Assembly: GCF_031769215.1 (NCBI RefSeq)
Contig: NW_026782003.1
Span: 4,030,001-4,094,000, forward strand
Length of the DNA: 64,000 bases
Direction of reading: 5' to 3'
Origin: Ylistrum balloti
Taxonomy: Eukaryota
Under the pieces are notes generated by a model. That model was given only the letters and a program-made list of their open reading frames with translations. It had not been told where the DNA came from and did no database searches. Shown here one piece after another: positions 44,312 to 56,627 of the stretch. Position numbers and translations under genes: made by a program. Positions within the stretch are counted from its first letter, which is position 1. Each line of letters starts with the position of its first letter.

Positions 44312-46207
44312 GTGCTTGTTAGTAACAGTGTTCTCTTTCTTATCTTCCTTGTCTCTGTTTATCGTCTGATTAGACTTCATGTGACAAAGGATGATGCCAG
44401 CACGTAATTGATATATGGATATAAAACGTTATATCCCTGACTTAAATACATCTTCCCTCATAATCACTCTGTCGATCAGGATGATTATTTGAGGGTTTAC
44501 TGTACAATAAACGACAGTTTTCATTAATTGACAGATTCATTTAATTGATTGTTCTGTGTTTAAGCTGTTTAAAGTAAATGATGGGATTAGGTATTATTAT
44601 GCATTGGAACTTGGCGTTAATATTTAACGCTTTATGTGGCTATTGTTATTCATTAAAGTAGAATGAGTATCCAAATTGATTGTATGATGTGTCAGTTACA
44701 TTTTTTAATCATATGTAGAATCACGGTTCCATAAGTGATGAACAGTAATGCCTGACCAGACACGTGGCTCGTGTGTCAGTTGCTTAAAAATATGAATGAA
44801 ACACAAATCATATGTAAGAAAAATTATCATTTCTGTAACATGTAAGTTGATAACGTATAGATTTGGTTCCCCGGTGTCATGATATCTATGGGATATAACA
44901 TGCCACGATCTTTTTTTATATCGAATACTTCTGATAATGACATGTAATTTCGGATTATTTATTCCACAATGGCAACACAGAGAAGTAGTTAAATGTGAAG
45001 TGGTTTAATATCCACTACAACTATTCAAACATCGTGATATTGATAGAGTCGACAATCACTTTAACCTTGCTGATGAAGCAAGTTTTTGCTTTCCTGTTGA
45101 CTCACTGGAAATGGTGATGCCGCAGAATTGAAGAAGAAGTCAAATTTCTCTTCCAACCCCCATCTACGCTTCGATTTTACCTGCCAGACATTTACGGTCC
45201 TTTGTACACCGCTTGTATCAGGTTTAATTAGTTATTGTAATATTATAGAGTCTTTGAGAATCTGAAATGGCACTAACGAAGATTCCTATAGGAGAAGCTG
45301 TCAATCAGAGAATCACTTTCAGTAAAATTAAAGCAAATTCAGGAATACCAAACACATAAGGACGAACGTCGGAAATCAAATCCTCCTTCCTAAAAGTTCC
45401 TCGTCAATTCCGGTCTCCCTTCAAATCAAGTCCCTCGTCAAATCAAAAAGATGATTTAGGCATAGCTAAAACGTCATTACGGCAAACACTGGAAAATAAT
45501 TATGACTGAAAATAAACTACTAATATCGTAAAGAAATTCGTCCATTAAGATCGGACTATAATCAGACTGGAAATTCGTCAATCTGTTTTTAAAACATAAA
45601 ATATGTCCAGGCTTTAACACACATCGAACATTTTATTTCTGCTGTGTAGTTAAAAATCAATTTTGTAGGTAATTTGAAAATTTTTCGACATATTTTCATT
45701 CATGTATACTCTATGGTAGACAAAATATCCTATCGGCCTTCTGTTTAAGATGTTCGAGAATGTTATCATTATAATCACTACAGATAAGTCACCGCTTCAT
45801 ACAGCTAACTATCTACATTAATATTCTGCCATTCATTTAAAATTCCGCTCGACGACAATGAAGTGATATCACTCTGTTTAGTCATAAAGTACAGTAACAA
45901 TGAACGATTCATAAAAACTGTCAAATCATAAAGGTGTGTATTATCTTTCTATAAATCAGTCAAAATATGTGTATATGGGATAGTTTACGTGTGTGATGTT
46001 CTGTTGGGAAGCTTTGCAATAATAAAGAGCCTTCAGATTATCAAATAATTAAAATGATTTTTACTTAAACAATGAAAATTGCTTCCGTCCAATTGTTGAA
46101 ATGCAAAGACGCTGAGCTATTGAAAACAATTGCTAGGCGTGTTTGAGACATCAGATCTAGAACACAGACCCAGATTTTGACTCCTTTCTTGGAAACGCTT
46201 TCTCATA

Positions 46208-46510
46208 ATTGAAAACGTGTAAGAAAATTTATTTGTATACCCAAAGTAGATTGCAATTAGAAGTGAAGCCATTTTCTATCTAACCATTTCAAACCTTTGA
46301 TATTTCACATGAAAACTTGCAAGAAAATTAATTTATATACCCAAATTAGATTGCAATTAAAAGTGAAGCCGTTTTCTATCTAACCATTTCAAACCTTCGA
46401 TGTTTCCAATGAAAACGTGCAAGAAAATTTATTTGTATACCAAAAATAGATCGTAATTAGAAGTGAAACCGTTTTCTTTCTAACCATTTCAAACCTTTGA
46501 CGTTTCAAAT
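46208..46510. repeat. 100-bp tandem triplication
   Basis: gaaaacKtgYaagaaaatt...accatttcaaacct starts at 46211, 46311 and 46411. Confidence 0.9.
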
Positions 46511-47183
46511 TTTTCAATGCAATCAGTGAGAGGTTATTAATTTTCCGAATCTGATATTATAATTGCTGTTGCTTATCAATGCGTCAGGGCGTCATCTTTT
46601 TCTGTCATCAAACTATTGCTTTTCTCTGCTACCTTATTTAACTACTCTAAACAATTTCCATTCATATCCATTGTGAATGGATAAAACCCCCACCCCCTGC
46701 ACAGGATTTGACAGTATTTTAAATTTCTTACATAGCGGTGTGACTAAGGGTCATGTAAACTGGGCTCTTATTTAAATAATACATTCTGTCCACAAAGAAG
46801 ACACTCGAAGTTGTTTGAATAATGGAATTTGATAACTTTCGCTGTATATACCGATATGAATAAATGCTGGGGATATGAAAACGAACGTGTTTGATATATA
46901 GCAATAGGACTATAATGTGACCTCTTTTGTATTCTACATAAAACATATCCCATTGTTATCAAAGTCACGATTTAGTATATGATAGTAAAAACTTTTTTGA
47001 TGATATTGTCTATCTTAATATGCAAATATCCAGTGTCAGCTAACATACCTTAAATAGAGTTTCCGTCACGATTAGTAAAAGACACTAGAAACAGTTGATG
47101 TATATTTACATTCATGAAACTTGCTCAGCACTTTACAGTTTAAATCGCCAGTCGTACGAGATAGGGGTAATGCAGAGGTGAAC

Positions 47184-49217
47184 ATGCTGCGACATAAACG
47201 TGGTATAAGATCATTTATGGTACTCAGGCGACATTACGTCAGAATTGTCTCAGTCTCAGTACTGACTGTTGTAATCCTCTTCCTCTTTCTACACATTAGA
47301 GATAACATCAATGGTGCCGCCGATAAATCTTACGTCATCACCAAGAAGAGTCCTGTCCATGACTGGCAAGAGGAGAAAATACTTCGTTCCTACAAAGAAA
47401 CGAAAGATTATTTCTTCTCAAGGAAAAATAAATCGGAGGGCAATACCGAAACTCAGATACGATTCACTCTGCAGCAAAATGGTTTTTCAGAGGCACAGGG
47501 TTATATAAGGAATACAACACGTAATGAAAGTGAAACTCGTGAAATAGATCATCATTTCGATCAGCAAGAAGACATTGCTCAGCAAGGTCATGACAAGACT
47601 GATAAGATAGCTAATAACATGGGTCATCAAATTGTTCAACAAGGAGACATCACACGGAAGCAGGGTGGCCCGGAGAATGAGATTATTCAACAAAAAGATC
47701 AAGTTCAGCAAGGCCCAGACGCACATCGATTCGTTCGACAAAACGATATAATTGTTAAGGATATTGACACGGGTCATCAGCTTTTACAACAAGGGGGCGT
47801 CGCTCAGAAGAAGGATGACACGGGTCATCAGATTTTACAACAAGGGGGCGTCGCTCAGAAGGAGGATGACACGGGTCATCAGCTTTTACAACAAGGGGGC
47901 GTCGCTCAGAAGGAGGATGACACGGGTCATCAGCTTTTACAACAAGAAGGCGTCGCTCAGAAGAAGGATGACACGGGTCATCAGCTTTTACAACAAGGGG
48001 GCGTCGCTCAGAAGGAGGATGACACGGGTCGTCAGATTTTACAACAAGAAGGCGTCGCTCGGAAGGAGGATGACACGGGTCGTCAGCTTTTACAACAAGG
48101 GGGCGTCGCTCGGAAGGAGGATGACACGGGTCGTCAGCTTTTACAACAAGATCATGACATTCATCAACTTAGACATATTAATGAAATGAAGATCAACGAA
48201 AAACCGTTTACGCCAGATGAGTATCCACTAAATGGGAATCTATCTGATATCGTGCGTCAGTATCAAACAAAGGGATATGCCGATGAGAAACCAATAAATG
48301 TTTTTGATCACCGCTACATCATTCATCCAGACCAAACATGTAGTGGAAACGATACAATAAAGGTGCTATTTGTAGTGAAAAGTAGTCCAGACCACAGCAT
48401 GAGGAGGGCAATAATTCGTAAAACATGGGCCGACAGAAAACGATTCCCCTGGACTAGGACTGTTTTCTCCTTCGGGATACCAGAATATAGCAAATCGTTA
48501 GTAAATCTCCAAGAAGAATCTGCCAAAAGCAATGACATTCTCCTTGTAAGTTATTCTGATACCTACTACAATCTGACCCTGAAAACTATACATGGAATGC
48601 GGTGGGCAGTAACTAATTGTGCACGTGCTATGTACGTAGTGTCCCTAGATGATGACATCTACGTTGCACCCGATTTACTGCTTGGTTTTCTTGACAAACT
48701 TCCGGTACGAAAAACAATAAAACTCTTCAACGGTCATTTGATGACTGCCACTTCCCCAGTACGGGATGCAAAAGGAACTTTCCAAAAGTGGTATGTTACA
48801 ACAAATGAATACCCCTTTCAAAACTATCCTGATTATATATTCGGAGGGTTTGTTATCATGTCAATGTCTACAGTGAAATCCTTTACCATAGCAGCACAGT
48901 TTACCAAGATATTGAAATTTGAGGATGTGTATTTGGGGATTTTAGCAGCAAAACTTGGAATAGAAGCGACATTTAACAGTTATGTTGATTCTAGAAAAAC
49001 AATAACTGCTTCGGAATCATTTAAAACACTCATAGCATCTCATTTTTACAAGGATCCGTTTGATTTACAAAAAGCTTGGGAATGTCATTTAAGTATCATT
49101 GAAAATGATAGTTCCAAGAGTATATTTTGTGTTACCATAAACACGCGTTTGCATGAACTGCAATCTGAAATAGACAAAATCGTCGATATGGTGGAATCTG
49201 TGAAGAAATACGTGTGA
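47184..49217 (+). CDS. GT31 paralogue 4, 677 aa from the first ATG, stem with ~7.5 copies of a 17-aa DTGHQLLQQGGVAQKED repeat
   Basis: TM IVSVSVLTVVILFLFL; 51-bp repeats at ~47765-48150; VKSS, RRAIIRKTW, DTYYNLTLKT, LDDD, YPDYIFGG, FEDVYLG. The ORF track starts at a TTG (47121); the ATG is at 47184. Confidence 0.95.
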   Translation: MLRHKRGIRSFMVLRRHYVRIVSVSVLTVVILFLFLHIRDNINGAADKSYVITKKSPVHDWQEEKILRSYKETKDYFFSRKNKSEGNTETQIRFTLQQNGFSEAQGYIRNTTRNESETREIDHHFDQQEDIAQQGHDKTDKIANNMGHQIVQQGDITRKQGGPENEIIQQKDQVQQGPDAHRFVRQNDIIVKDIDTGHQLLQQGGVAQKKDDTGHQILQQGGVAQKEDDTGHQLLQQGGVAQKEDDTGHQLLQQEGVAQKKDDTGHQLLQQGGVAQKEDDTGRQILQQEGVARKEDDTGRQLLQQGGVARKEDDTGRQLLQQDHDIHQLRHINEMKINEKPFTPDEYPLNGNLSDIVRQYQTKGYADEKPINVFDHRYIIHPDQTCSGNDTIKVLFVVKSSPDHSMRRAIIRKTWADRKRFPWTRTVFSFGIPEYSKSLVNLQEESAKSNDILLVSYSDTYYNLTLKTIHGMRWAVTNCARAMYVVSLDDDIYVAPDLLLGFLDKLPVRKTIKLFNGHLMTATSPVRDAKGTFQKWYVTTNEYPFQNYPDYIFGGFVIMSMSTVKSFTIAAQFTKILKFEDVYLGILAAKLGIEATFNSYVDSRKTITASESFKTLIASHFYKDPFDLQKAWECHLSIIENDSSKSIFCVTINTRLHELQSEIDKIVDMVESVKKYV

Positions 49218-51820
49218 ATGTAATGGTTTGAAAACAGGAAAGAGATATACAGATATACCGGTAAACTGTCATGAGATATGTATTGAATTGTTATTGTTTA
49301 TATAATTAATAGTGATGCATCTGTTAGACTCGCCATTGTTACGTTATCAGTATAGATTTCTAATATTCATGAAACACATGCTGTCTGCATCATGATAATG
49401 AAAGTAAAATGTTCGTGTAGTCCTAAACGGTTGAATATTATTTATGAATCTTATTTATTGATATATCTATATATATATATATATTATATACAGATAGAGC
49501 AAGAGAGATGTGGGGGGAGAAACTGCTCGATATTGGCTAATATTACTTGTGTTGTTAACGTTTTGCGCGAATTGGGGGTTATATTGATTTATATGTAGTT
49601 GCGATATTGTTATCAAAACTTTATTCATGCATTCATGCTGAGGGTATTGCTATTTTATAAACGTTCTGTCATTTTTAGGTATGCTTAATATTATGATGAT
49701 ATAGTGTATGCGTTTTATTTTTGCATATCATTAGCATGTTATCGATTTTAATACATTTCTTCTGATTTTTGTCTTGCGTCCGACGAGACAAAGGCGTTAC
49801 TTTTCCGGCGGTAGCCCCGGCAACATCAACATTTGTGTTAAAAATTCAAAATTGTCTAGATTCACTTTACAAACTTACTTATGGCTATAAATAAACAAAA
49901 TATCCTAACAGATGTTTTCAATTTAGACTTAAACATAAAGGTGACAATTAACTGGTATTTGTTAATTGATTGTGTCATATTAAAATTAGCGTCTAACTCC
50001 AAATCGAGTGCGATTTGTTGCTAGGTACATAAGCTTAACGTTATATCTATATATAACCATCCAAACACACTTTTAATATCCAAAGTTTTACCTACAGCTT
50101 ACCCTTAATTGGGCATCATAGAAGGACATTATACATTAATTGTGTCATGTTGAAGTTTTAGACCTACTTTTGATCAATTATAGTGATAAGAGGGGACATG
50201 TGACACATATAATTAAGTTATTTTTGTTTTAATATGTAGTTACTGTCCTAAGAATAACTGATTACCCCCGTGTTTACTTTAGAATATAATGTGTTTGCAA
50301 GACTGATCAGTACATACCTTTAGGTAGTCCTACTTATATTTAAAGAACAGGTCATCTACTAAGTATTATAACTATGTAAGTATTTTTTCCTGAAATCGAC
50401 TGGACATTATTTATGATATCCATCAGTTTCAATGAGAAATGAGAAAGATTATACCCAAATAGAAAGCAAATTAATTCTGGAGATTTTCACAATCAAAGTG
50501 TGATATACAATGGAAAGCCTTGATTGGTTGGGTACAGGTTTTCCGTCTTCTTGACTTTTTCTGTTTCTAGGCGTTGTCTCACCAACGAACATCTCTCACC
50601 TTTTCATGATCCTGTTCGAAATATTGAGTAGTTTTAAAAGACCGCTCTTGGACTAATGGTGCCTTATCCTGTCAGTAGTGTACCTTTGTTTACCGCGTAA
50701 TATTAGTGCCCTATTTATGAAAAACCTGAATGTGTACTCTATTTAATTTTTCATTCAAACACATAGGATAGCGTGTTGGTTTTTCCAAAGAAAGGCCCAC
50801 ACGTTGTCTGGAATGTCCACATACTTGTTCAAAGATTGTTGTAGGTCAAGTTAACATCCTACAAATCGCATATTTGTCTTCTGGCTTTTAAAAGTCGATT
50901 TTGTTAACGGTGTCAATCTTTATGCTAAAAGAGACAAAAATAGAGATATTAGTTTTGATGTCTTTTACAGACTGTCGAGTTAAATCAAATAAAACACAGG
51001 ACATTATTAAAATGATTCCAAACAAGGAATATGTATTCCATTTTTAAAGCTTATCCAATTATAATTAGTACATTTTTGGAGGGATTATCATCCTGTGAAA
51101 AACAAGGGTCAATCTGACTTGGCGTATGGAATATCATTGATTCATGTGTCGCATGCTTTTCGCTCAATGAGAGTAAAGCGTCTTGCACACCAAGACTGCA
51201 ACTGCCTTGCCTGTGATGACAAGGGTAACACAAAACGTCGTCTTGTGCAAGGATGTAACAGCCATGTTTTATTTCAGTCTAATAGTGGCACGGTTCTATA
51301 ATTGCATTTGTTCTGTGGTTCATACAACGTTTTTTTCTATCTTTTCCGATAACTTTGGTCATTGTTCCACTTCACCAATAAACACGTGACCAAATAGACA
51401 GTGTTCTTATTTAGGTTCAGGTTTCCCATGGAAACTACCAAATTTATTTAAATATTGGACTAGAACACCTTCCTAGAAGGACGAAAAAGCTAAGTGATGC
51501 AGTTAAACGTGTTGTTTGGCTCTAGTGTATGTTATTCAGTCGAATAGTGGCACGCTTCAGAATAAACACGTATACTTGACATTCTTTTCAAAACTTATTA
51601 AATTGTTTGGCTAGAACACCCCTCCTAGAATGTCGAAACAGCTGTATGATACAGTGTTTGACTCTACTGAATCGAAATCTTAATTTGTATTTAAAGATCT
51701 ATTCACTTGTGTGTCTTTTGAACAATTATCTTTTTAGAATTTACAGACACACTCGCCCAAGACAACTCATTCCGTCTTGTAATGGGATTATTTCTTGAAT
51801 GCTGCTAGTTTCTAATTTTG

Positions 51821-53544
51821 GGGTGTTCCCGATTTGCCCACTTTTTTTAACAAAGAAAGGTGTTGAAGACAATAGAAAACCAATTATAGCCAGTTTCAGA
51901 TTGACTATAGATTTCACCTGAGTTCATTTACCTGTGTTTTTTCCTGTGTGAGATATTACCAGAGATTCTACCTGTAGTCTTCACTAAGTACTTTTCATTA
52001 AACATGCAAAGCAGAAAGTTTATCATTTCTTATACACATTACATACATAAAAATATAATAAAACATAGTATTCTAAAGGATGTTTGACAGTCCAGCACAT
52101 TGCACATTATCATCAGTCCAGCAATTCATCCCAGGTGTAGAAGATGTGATGCTGCGTCGGCGTACTCCATGATGTTGATCCTCTGAGTCTGGAATCGCTC
52201 CTTAAGTTGGGCCAGTCTGTTGTCGATGCTTCGATATCTCTTCGCACGTGGTCTTGTTGCTCCTCCTGCATCACGCTGTATCCTGTTGATTTCGTCGGCG
52301 GCTTGAATGTCCTGGAACACTTTGATGATGGTGTATATGTTGGGGGCTTCCCATGCCAGGCTTCTAGATGGTTGGTGGTGCGAGGTCCCTCTGTGGTGAA
52401 GTGGTTCCAGATACGGCGGTCTCCCTCAATCCACTGTGTAACGCCATAATCTGTAAAGGGCGTAGTGTCCACGGGTAAGTCAACATCTTCCAGTTCCTCC
52501 AGCGCGTTGAACCAAACATCCTCAACTCTTTCCAGTGGTACCAAAGGCAGCACGGCAGCCAGGCGAACTAGTCTTTTGATGACGTGGTTCTCTGAAAAGT
52601 TGCTGAAGTCCGGTTGGCTGGGCTTTCCTCCAAATACACTGGGTAAAGTGGAAAAACATCCTTTGATGGTCACTCCTGGGAACACTTGGCGTAGGGCGTT
52701 GCGAGCTGCTGTCTCGAAGTCAACAAAGGCAGATGTAGGACGCATAGGGAGGTTGAAGTCAATCATGGTTGTCTTCAGTAGCATCAGGAAACGGGTATAC
52801 AGCTGCTGGGTCTTACCGGGTAGGGGTGTGTAAACAAGAGGATACATGTGGCCGTCAATAATGATAATGATGAAGTCTGATTTCCCCCACATTTAGATAA
52901 TCATTGTGGCTTGGGATACCTGCTCATCATCAGCTTGCATTATCATAATGATTCTGTGTGTGCATGGAACAGTGTTCACTATCTGGTAACAGCACTATCA
53001 TCACCACTTCTGAGATCATCTTATAATTGTTTGTATTTGAGGTCGATGGCTTGGAGGTATAATAAAAAATTAATACTGTTAATACCAAAAAATGAATACT
53101 ATTAATATCAATGGATATTTTGTTTAATTATACATAATGATTAATATCCTAAAATATTTCATCATCATTATCAATTTATTTAATATGGGGTCCTTAATAT
53201 ATATTGAAGTCAGACAAATTTATCAAAAATGTAAAACTTTAATTCTGATATAATGTAATATTCTAGTGAATTTTAACCTCCTCTAGTAATTGAAATTTAT
53301 ACATTTAAGAAAAAAAAGTCTTTAATTTGTTTTCAGTGACATATATATCAACATAAAGAAAAATTTTTAAAAACTCAATAAAATAGCTATCATTTAATAG
53401 ACTAGATGGCATAGGTGACCATAGGTAAAATACAGGTAAAAACACAGGTATTCACAGGTAAATAAATAAGAAATAGACTATAATCCTTATCAGAACATTC
53501 TTCTGCCCATGTGATTTTAAAAAGTGGGCAAATCAGGTACAGCC
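51821..53544 (-). mobile_element. Mutator (MULE) DNA transposon, internally deleted, both ends preserved
   Basis: TIRs GGGTGTTCCCGATTTGCCCACTTTTT and (reverse complement) GGCTGTACCTGATTTGCCCACTTTTT match 23/26. 9-bp TSD CTAATTTTG at 51812-51820 and 53545-53553. Transposase remnant 52126-52892: PLVY..LPGK, FVDFETA, GCF(F)HFTQCIWR (frameshifted), TTNHLEAWHG. Confidence 0.9.
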
Positions 53545-53559
53545 CTAATTTTGTATTTT

Positions 53560-53990
53560 TACATGAGTTGTTTCCCTTTGAACATGTTTTGTAATATCCA
53601 TTATTGTAAACATGCACTGGAATTTTGGAGAAGACTTCCATCCAGCTGTCCAATCCAATGGATATAATATATATACATAATGTTTGTTGAAATTGAAAAC
53701 AGCAATATATGAAAGTTATGAAAATACCCAGCCTCTATAGAAGTTGTGCTCTCCTTGAGGAGATTACCTTTTATTACATTACGGACTACAAACCGCTTGT
53801 AATGGAAGTATTTCTTTAATGCTAACAATTTCTAATTCTATCTTTTTACGGGAGTTGTTTCCCCTTGAACCTGTTTTGTAATAACCATTATTGTAAATGG
53901 CTATAATATACCACTGGAATTTTGGAGAAGACTTATATAGGCATAGGCTGTCCAATCTAATAGATTGTTGAAATTGAAAGTAAGAAAATT
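53560..53990. repeat. ~287-bp-period degenerate direct duplication next to the MULE right end
   Basis: gagttgtttccc.ttgaac.tgttttgtaata.ccattattgtaaa and cactggaattttggagaagactt occur at ~53565 and ~53852. Confidence 0.75.
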
Positions 53991-54945
53991 GATCCTCTTA
54001 ACATCGGTGACAATTTACACTAGAAATCAGTCGAAATTATTTATAATACAGAGAAAGCCCTGACATAGCCTTTAGTTACTCCAAACCGATTGCGTGCTAA
54101 CTTACCAAACGCAGCAACAGAACGTGGGTAAACTATTGATCAAAAATGTTTTCTGTGAAGGGTCTGAAATATCGGGGAAACCTCTGTCACTAATTGGAAT
54201 CTGGATATCAAGATACTTATGGATTCCATGGATGCTGGAGAGTGGATGAAATGAGAGAATCTTTTTCTAATTCGCTTTCAGTGTGGAATAAATCCAAGTC
54301 TGTATTCTTAGATTCTTTTGATATACATACACACAAGATTTACGTGACAGGGACTTCATTGTGTGTTTAGCTAAAACATTCAAAATCTTGTCTGCAAAGA
54401 TTATAACTTTCTGTACGAACTGTACAACTTCAAATGCGAAGCAACGAAGGACCAATCAAGAGGACATATTGTCTACCGGGTGAGTCCACCATTTATTTTA
54501 CAAAGGTACTCAGTAATCCCCTAACATTACCATTACAAGGCCATGGGTCCGCCACCTCTAGACGGACGGATTATAATCAGCATAAGGCGGCGACATGCAC
54601 AGGCAATGTAAATATAGGCATGGAATTGTATTCTTGTGGCATTTATGTTAGATATAAATGACAAAGTTTGGCGTCAATCAAGATGTCACTTATGAAGACC
54701 ATAAATGCCACAGCGTCAACATTTGATAACAAGAAAAAAATTGTACAGCAATATGTCTCGTAAATCTAAAAAAAAAACTACACTGATTCTTCTCATGTTA
54801 ATATAAAATAAAATATTATAATCACAAGGATGAAATATAACTCAGAGTCGCTATCACAACGATCAACTTCTTTTATTTTAACAACACATGAACATGTTAC
54901 TGATATATATATATATATATACTCTGTTTATCCATTCTCTACCAT

Positions 54946-55191
54946 CAGGACCCACTTATATAAATCATCTCAACTTGAGATTTCCTCAAGTCGAGATTTT
55001 CCTCTGCTGACATCTCCTCAAAAACGGCATGTATCAAATTTTCTCAATGAACAGGAGGAAGTCCTCGGGCTAGGATGTCCCTAAATTCCTTGAGGAATTT
55101 TCATACAAGATATTTTTAAGGAGATATTAGCTGAGGAAAATCTGGGCTTGAGGAAATCTGAAATTGAGATATTTTATACAAGTGGGGCCTG
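54946..55191. mobile_element. 246-bp foldback/MITE-like element with ~80-bp imperfect TIRs
   Basis: Left CAGGACCCACTTATATAAATCATCTCAACTTGAGATTTCCTCAAG... versus right reverse complement CAGGCCCCACTTGTATAAAATATCTCAATTTCAGATTTCCTCAAG...; no clear TSD. Confidence 0.75.
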
Positions 55192-55369
55192 GTTACTTTT
55201 CTTCTACTTCGTCAATATTTACATAACAATTACAACATGCGGCACGTTGGTTCACACTTATTCACTAAACCGTTACTCGGGAGTTACGTATTGTAATTTT
55301 AAAATTAATTAACGTGTACATTTCAAAGAAATTCCCAACAAATGTAAATTATCTAAAGAACATATTGCA

Positions 55370-55445
55370 GCGTCAGCGGTCAGCCTGAGAGAGACGTTCA
55401 CGTGACCGGAAGTGTACGTATTTAGGTACACAAAGGTAAGTGAAC
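55370..55445 (+). promoter_or_regulatory. promoter-like motif cluster with a first-exon donor
   Basis: cacgtgaccggaagtg (E-box plus ETS) followed by caaag|gtaagt at ~55436; no downstream plus-strand coding exon found. Confidence 0.35.
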
Positions 55446-56096
55446 TTAACACCTTTACACGATGTATTGAAAGTACTGTGATTTTCTTGTTTCTGTCATA
55501 GTTGAACCTTCTGTTATCCTACCACTAAATACATACTGTATGTTCTAATACCTGCAAGTAGTGTCTACACTGGGAGTTCGAAAACCGATGTCAACTAACG
55601 TGCGAATTCCTAAATTTTAAACAGACAAGTTTTAGTAATCATAAAAACGTATACACATAGTACAATTGATATACATTGTAGATTAGAAAATAACAAAGAG
55701 CACATTTTCTGAATCTTCATGTATTCTGTTCCCTGTAAATCAGGTAAAAGCAAGTCTTCTGACTTTGGAACCACTTCTTTGGGATTTGTCTGTTTCAATT
55801 CGCCGTAGAAACGTGATAGTCACGTGTTTATTTGATCTCAATTATCAATTAATTACTAAAATTCTATTCTTATGAATTTCTCCAAAAAATGTGAATATTT
55901 CAGTGCGTACCAAAGACTCCGGACCATTAATTAGAAAATCCATGGTTCCTTTGTGATATTTCATGAAAATCAACAATGTTAACTAGTGTTTCTTTACTTT
56001 GTTCAGCAAAATAGGCAATTATTAAACATAGAGAGACAAATAATACAAATAGATATAGCACCATTTCATTAAACGCATTTCTCCCATACAAATGTT

Positions 56097-56367
56097 TCCG
56101 AGACAAACTATAACATACAATATTTCTTGTGCCGAGACAAACTATAACATACAATATTTTTTGTGCCGAGACAAACTATAACATACAATATTTTTTGTGC
56201 CGAGACAAACTATAACATACAATATTTTTTTGTGTCGAGACAAACTATAACATTCAATTTTTTGTGCAGAATCAAAATATAACATACAATATTCCATGTA
56301 CATTTTACCGAGACAAACTATAACATACAATATTCCATGTACATTTTACCGAGACAAACTATAACAT
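56097..56367. repeat. 33-35-bp minisatellite, ~7 copies
   Basis: Unit ccgagacaaactataacatacaatattttttgtg. Confidence 0.9.
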
Positions 56368-56627
56368 CGTACTTTTAGACGCATGGTCATTTTATAATCA
56401 CATTAAAAATGTTCCTATTAAATCAAAATTATCCATGCACTAATAAAACAATATAGGTAATTGAACACGTGTACCCGACTTTCACATCAAATTAATCCTG
56501 TATAATGCATTAAGGGACACCTTTGTGAGAAAATCTACAATGTGCTACACTACCGGCAAGAGGTTAAATGTACATTATTTTTGAGCTGCGTCGAAACTTA
56601 TTTGTTCGGCAAGATTTTAAGAAATAA

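Noticed and set aside
52207-52833. Plus-strand ORFs of 80 and 122 aa
   Set aside because: Antisense shadows of the MULE transposase remnant.
55610-56154. Hydrophobic minus-strand ORFs as further exons of the membrane gene
   Set aside because: Weak or missing acceptors; one begins inside a minisatellite; T-rich DNA gives hydrophobic translations by chance.
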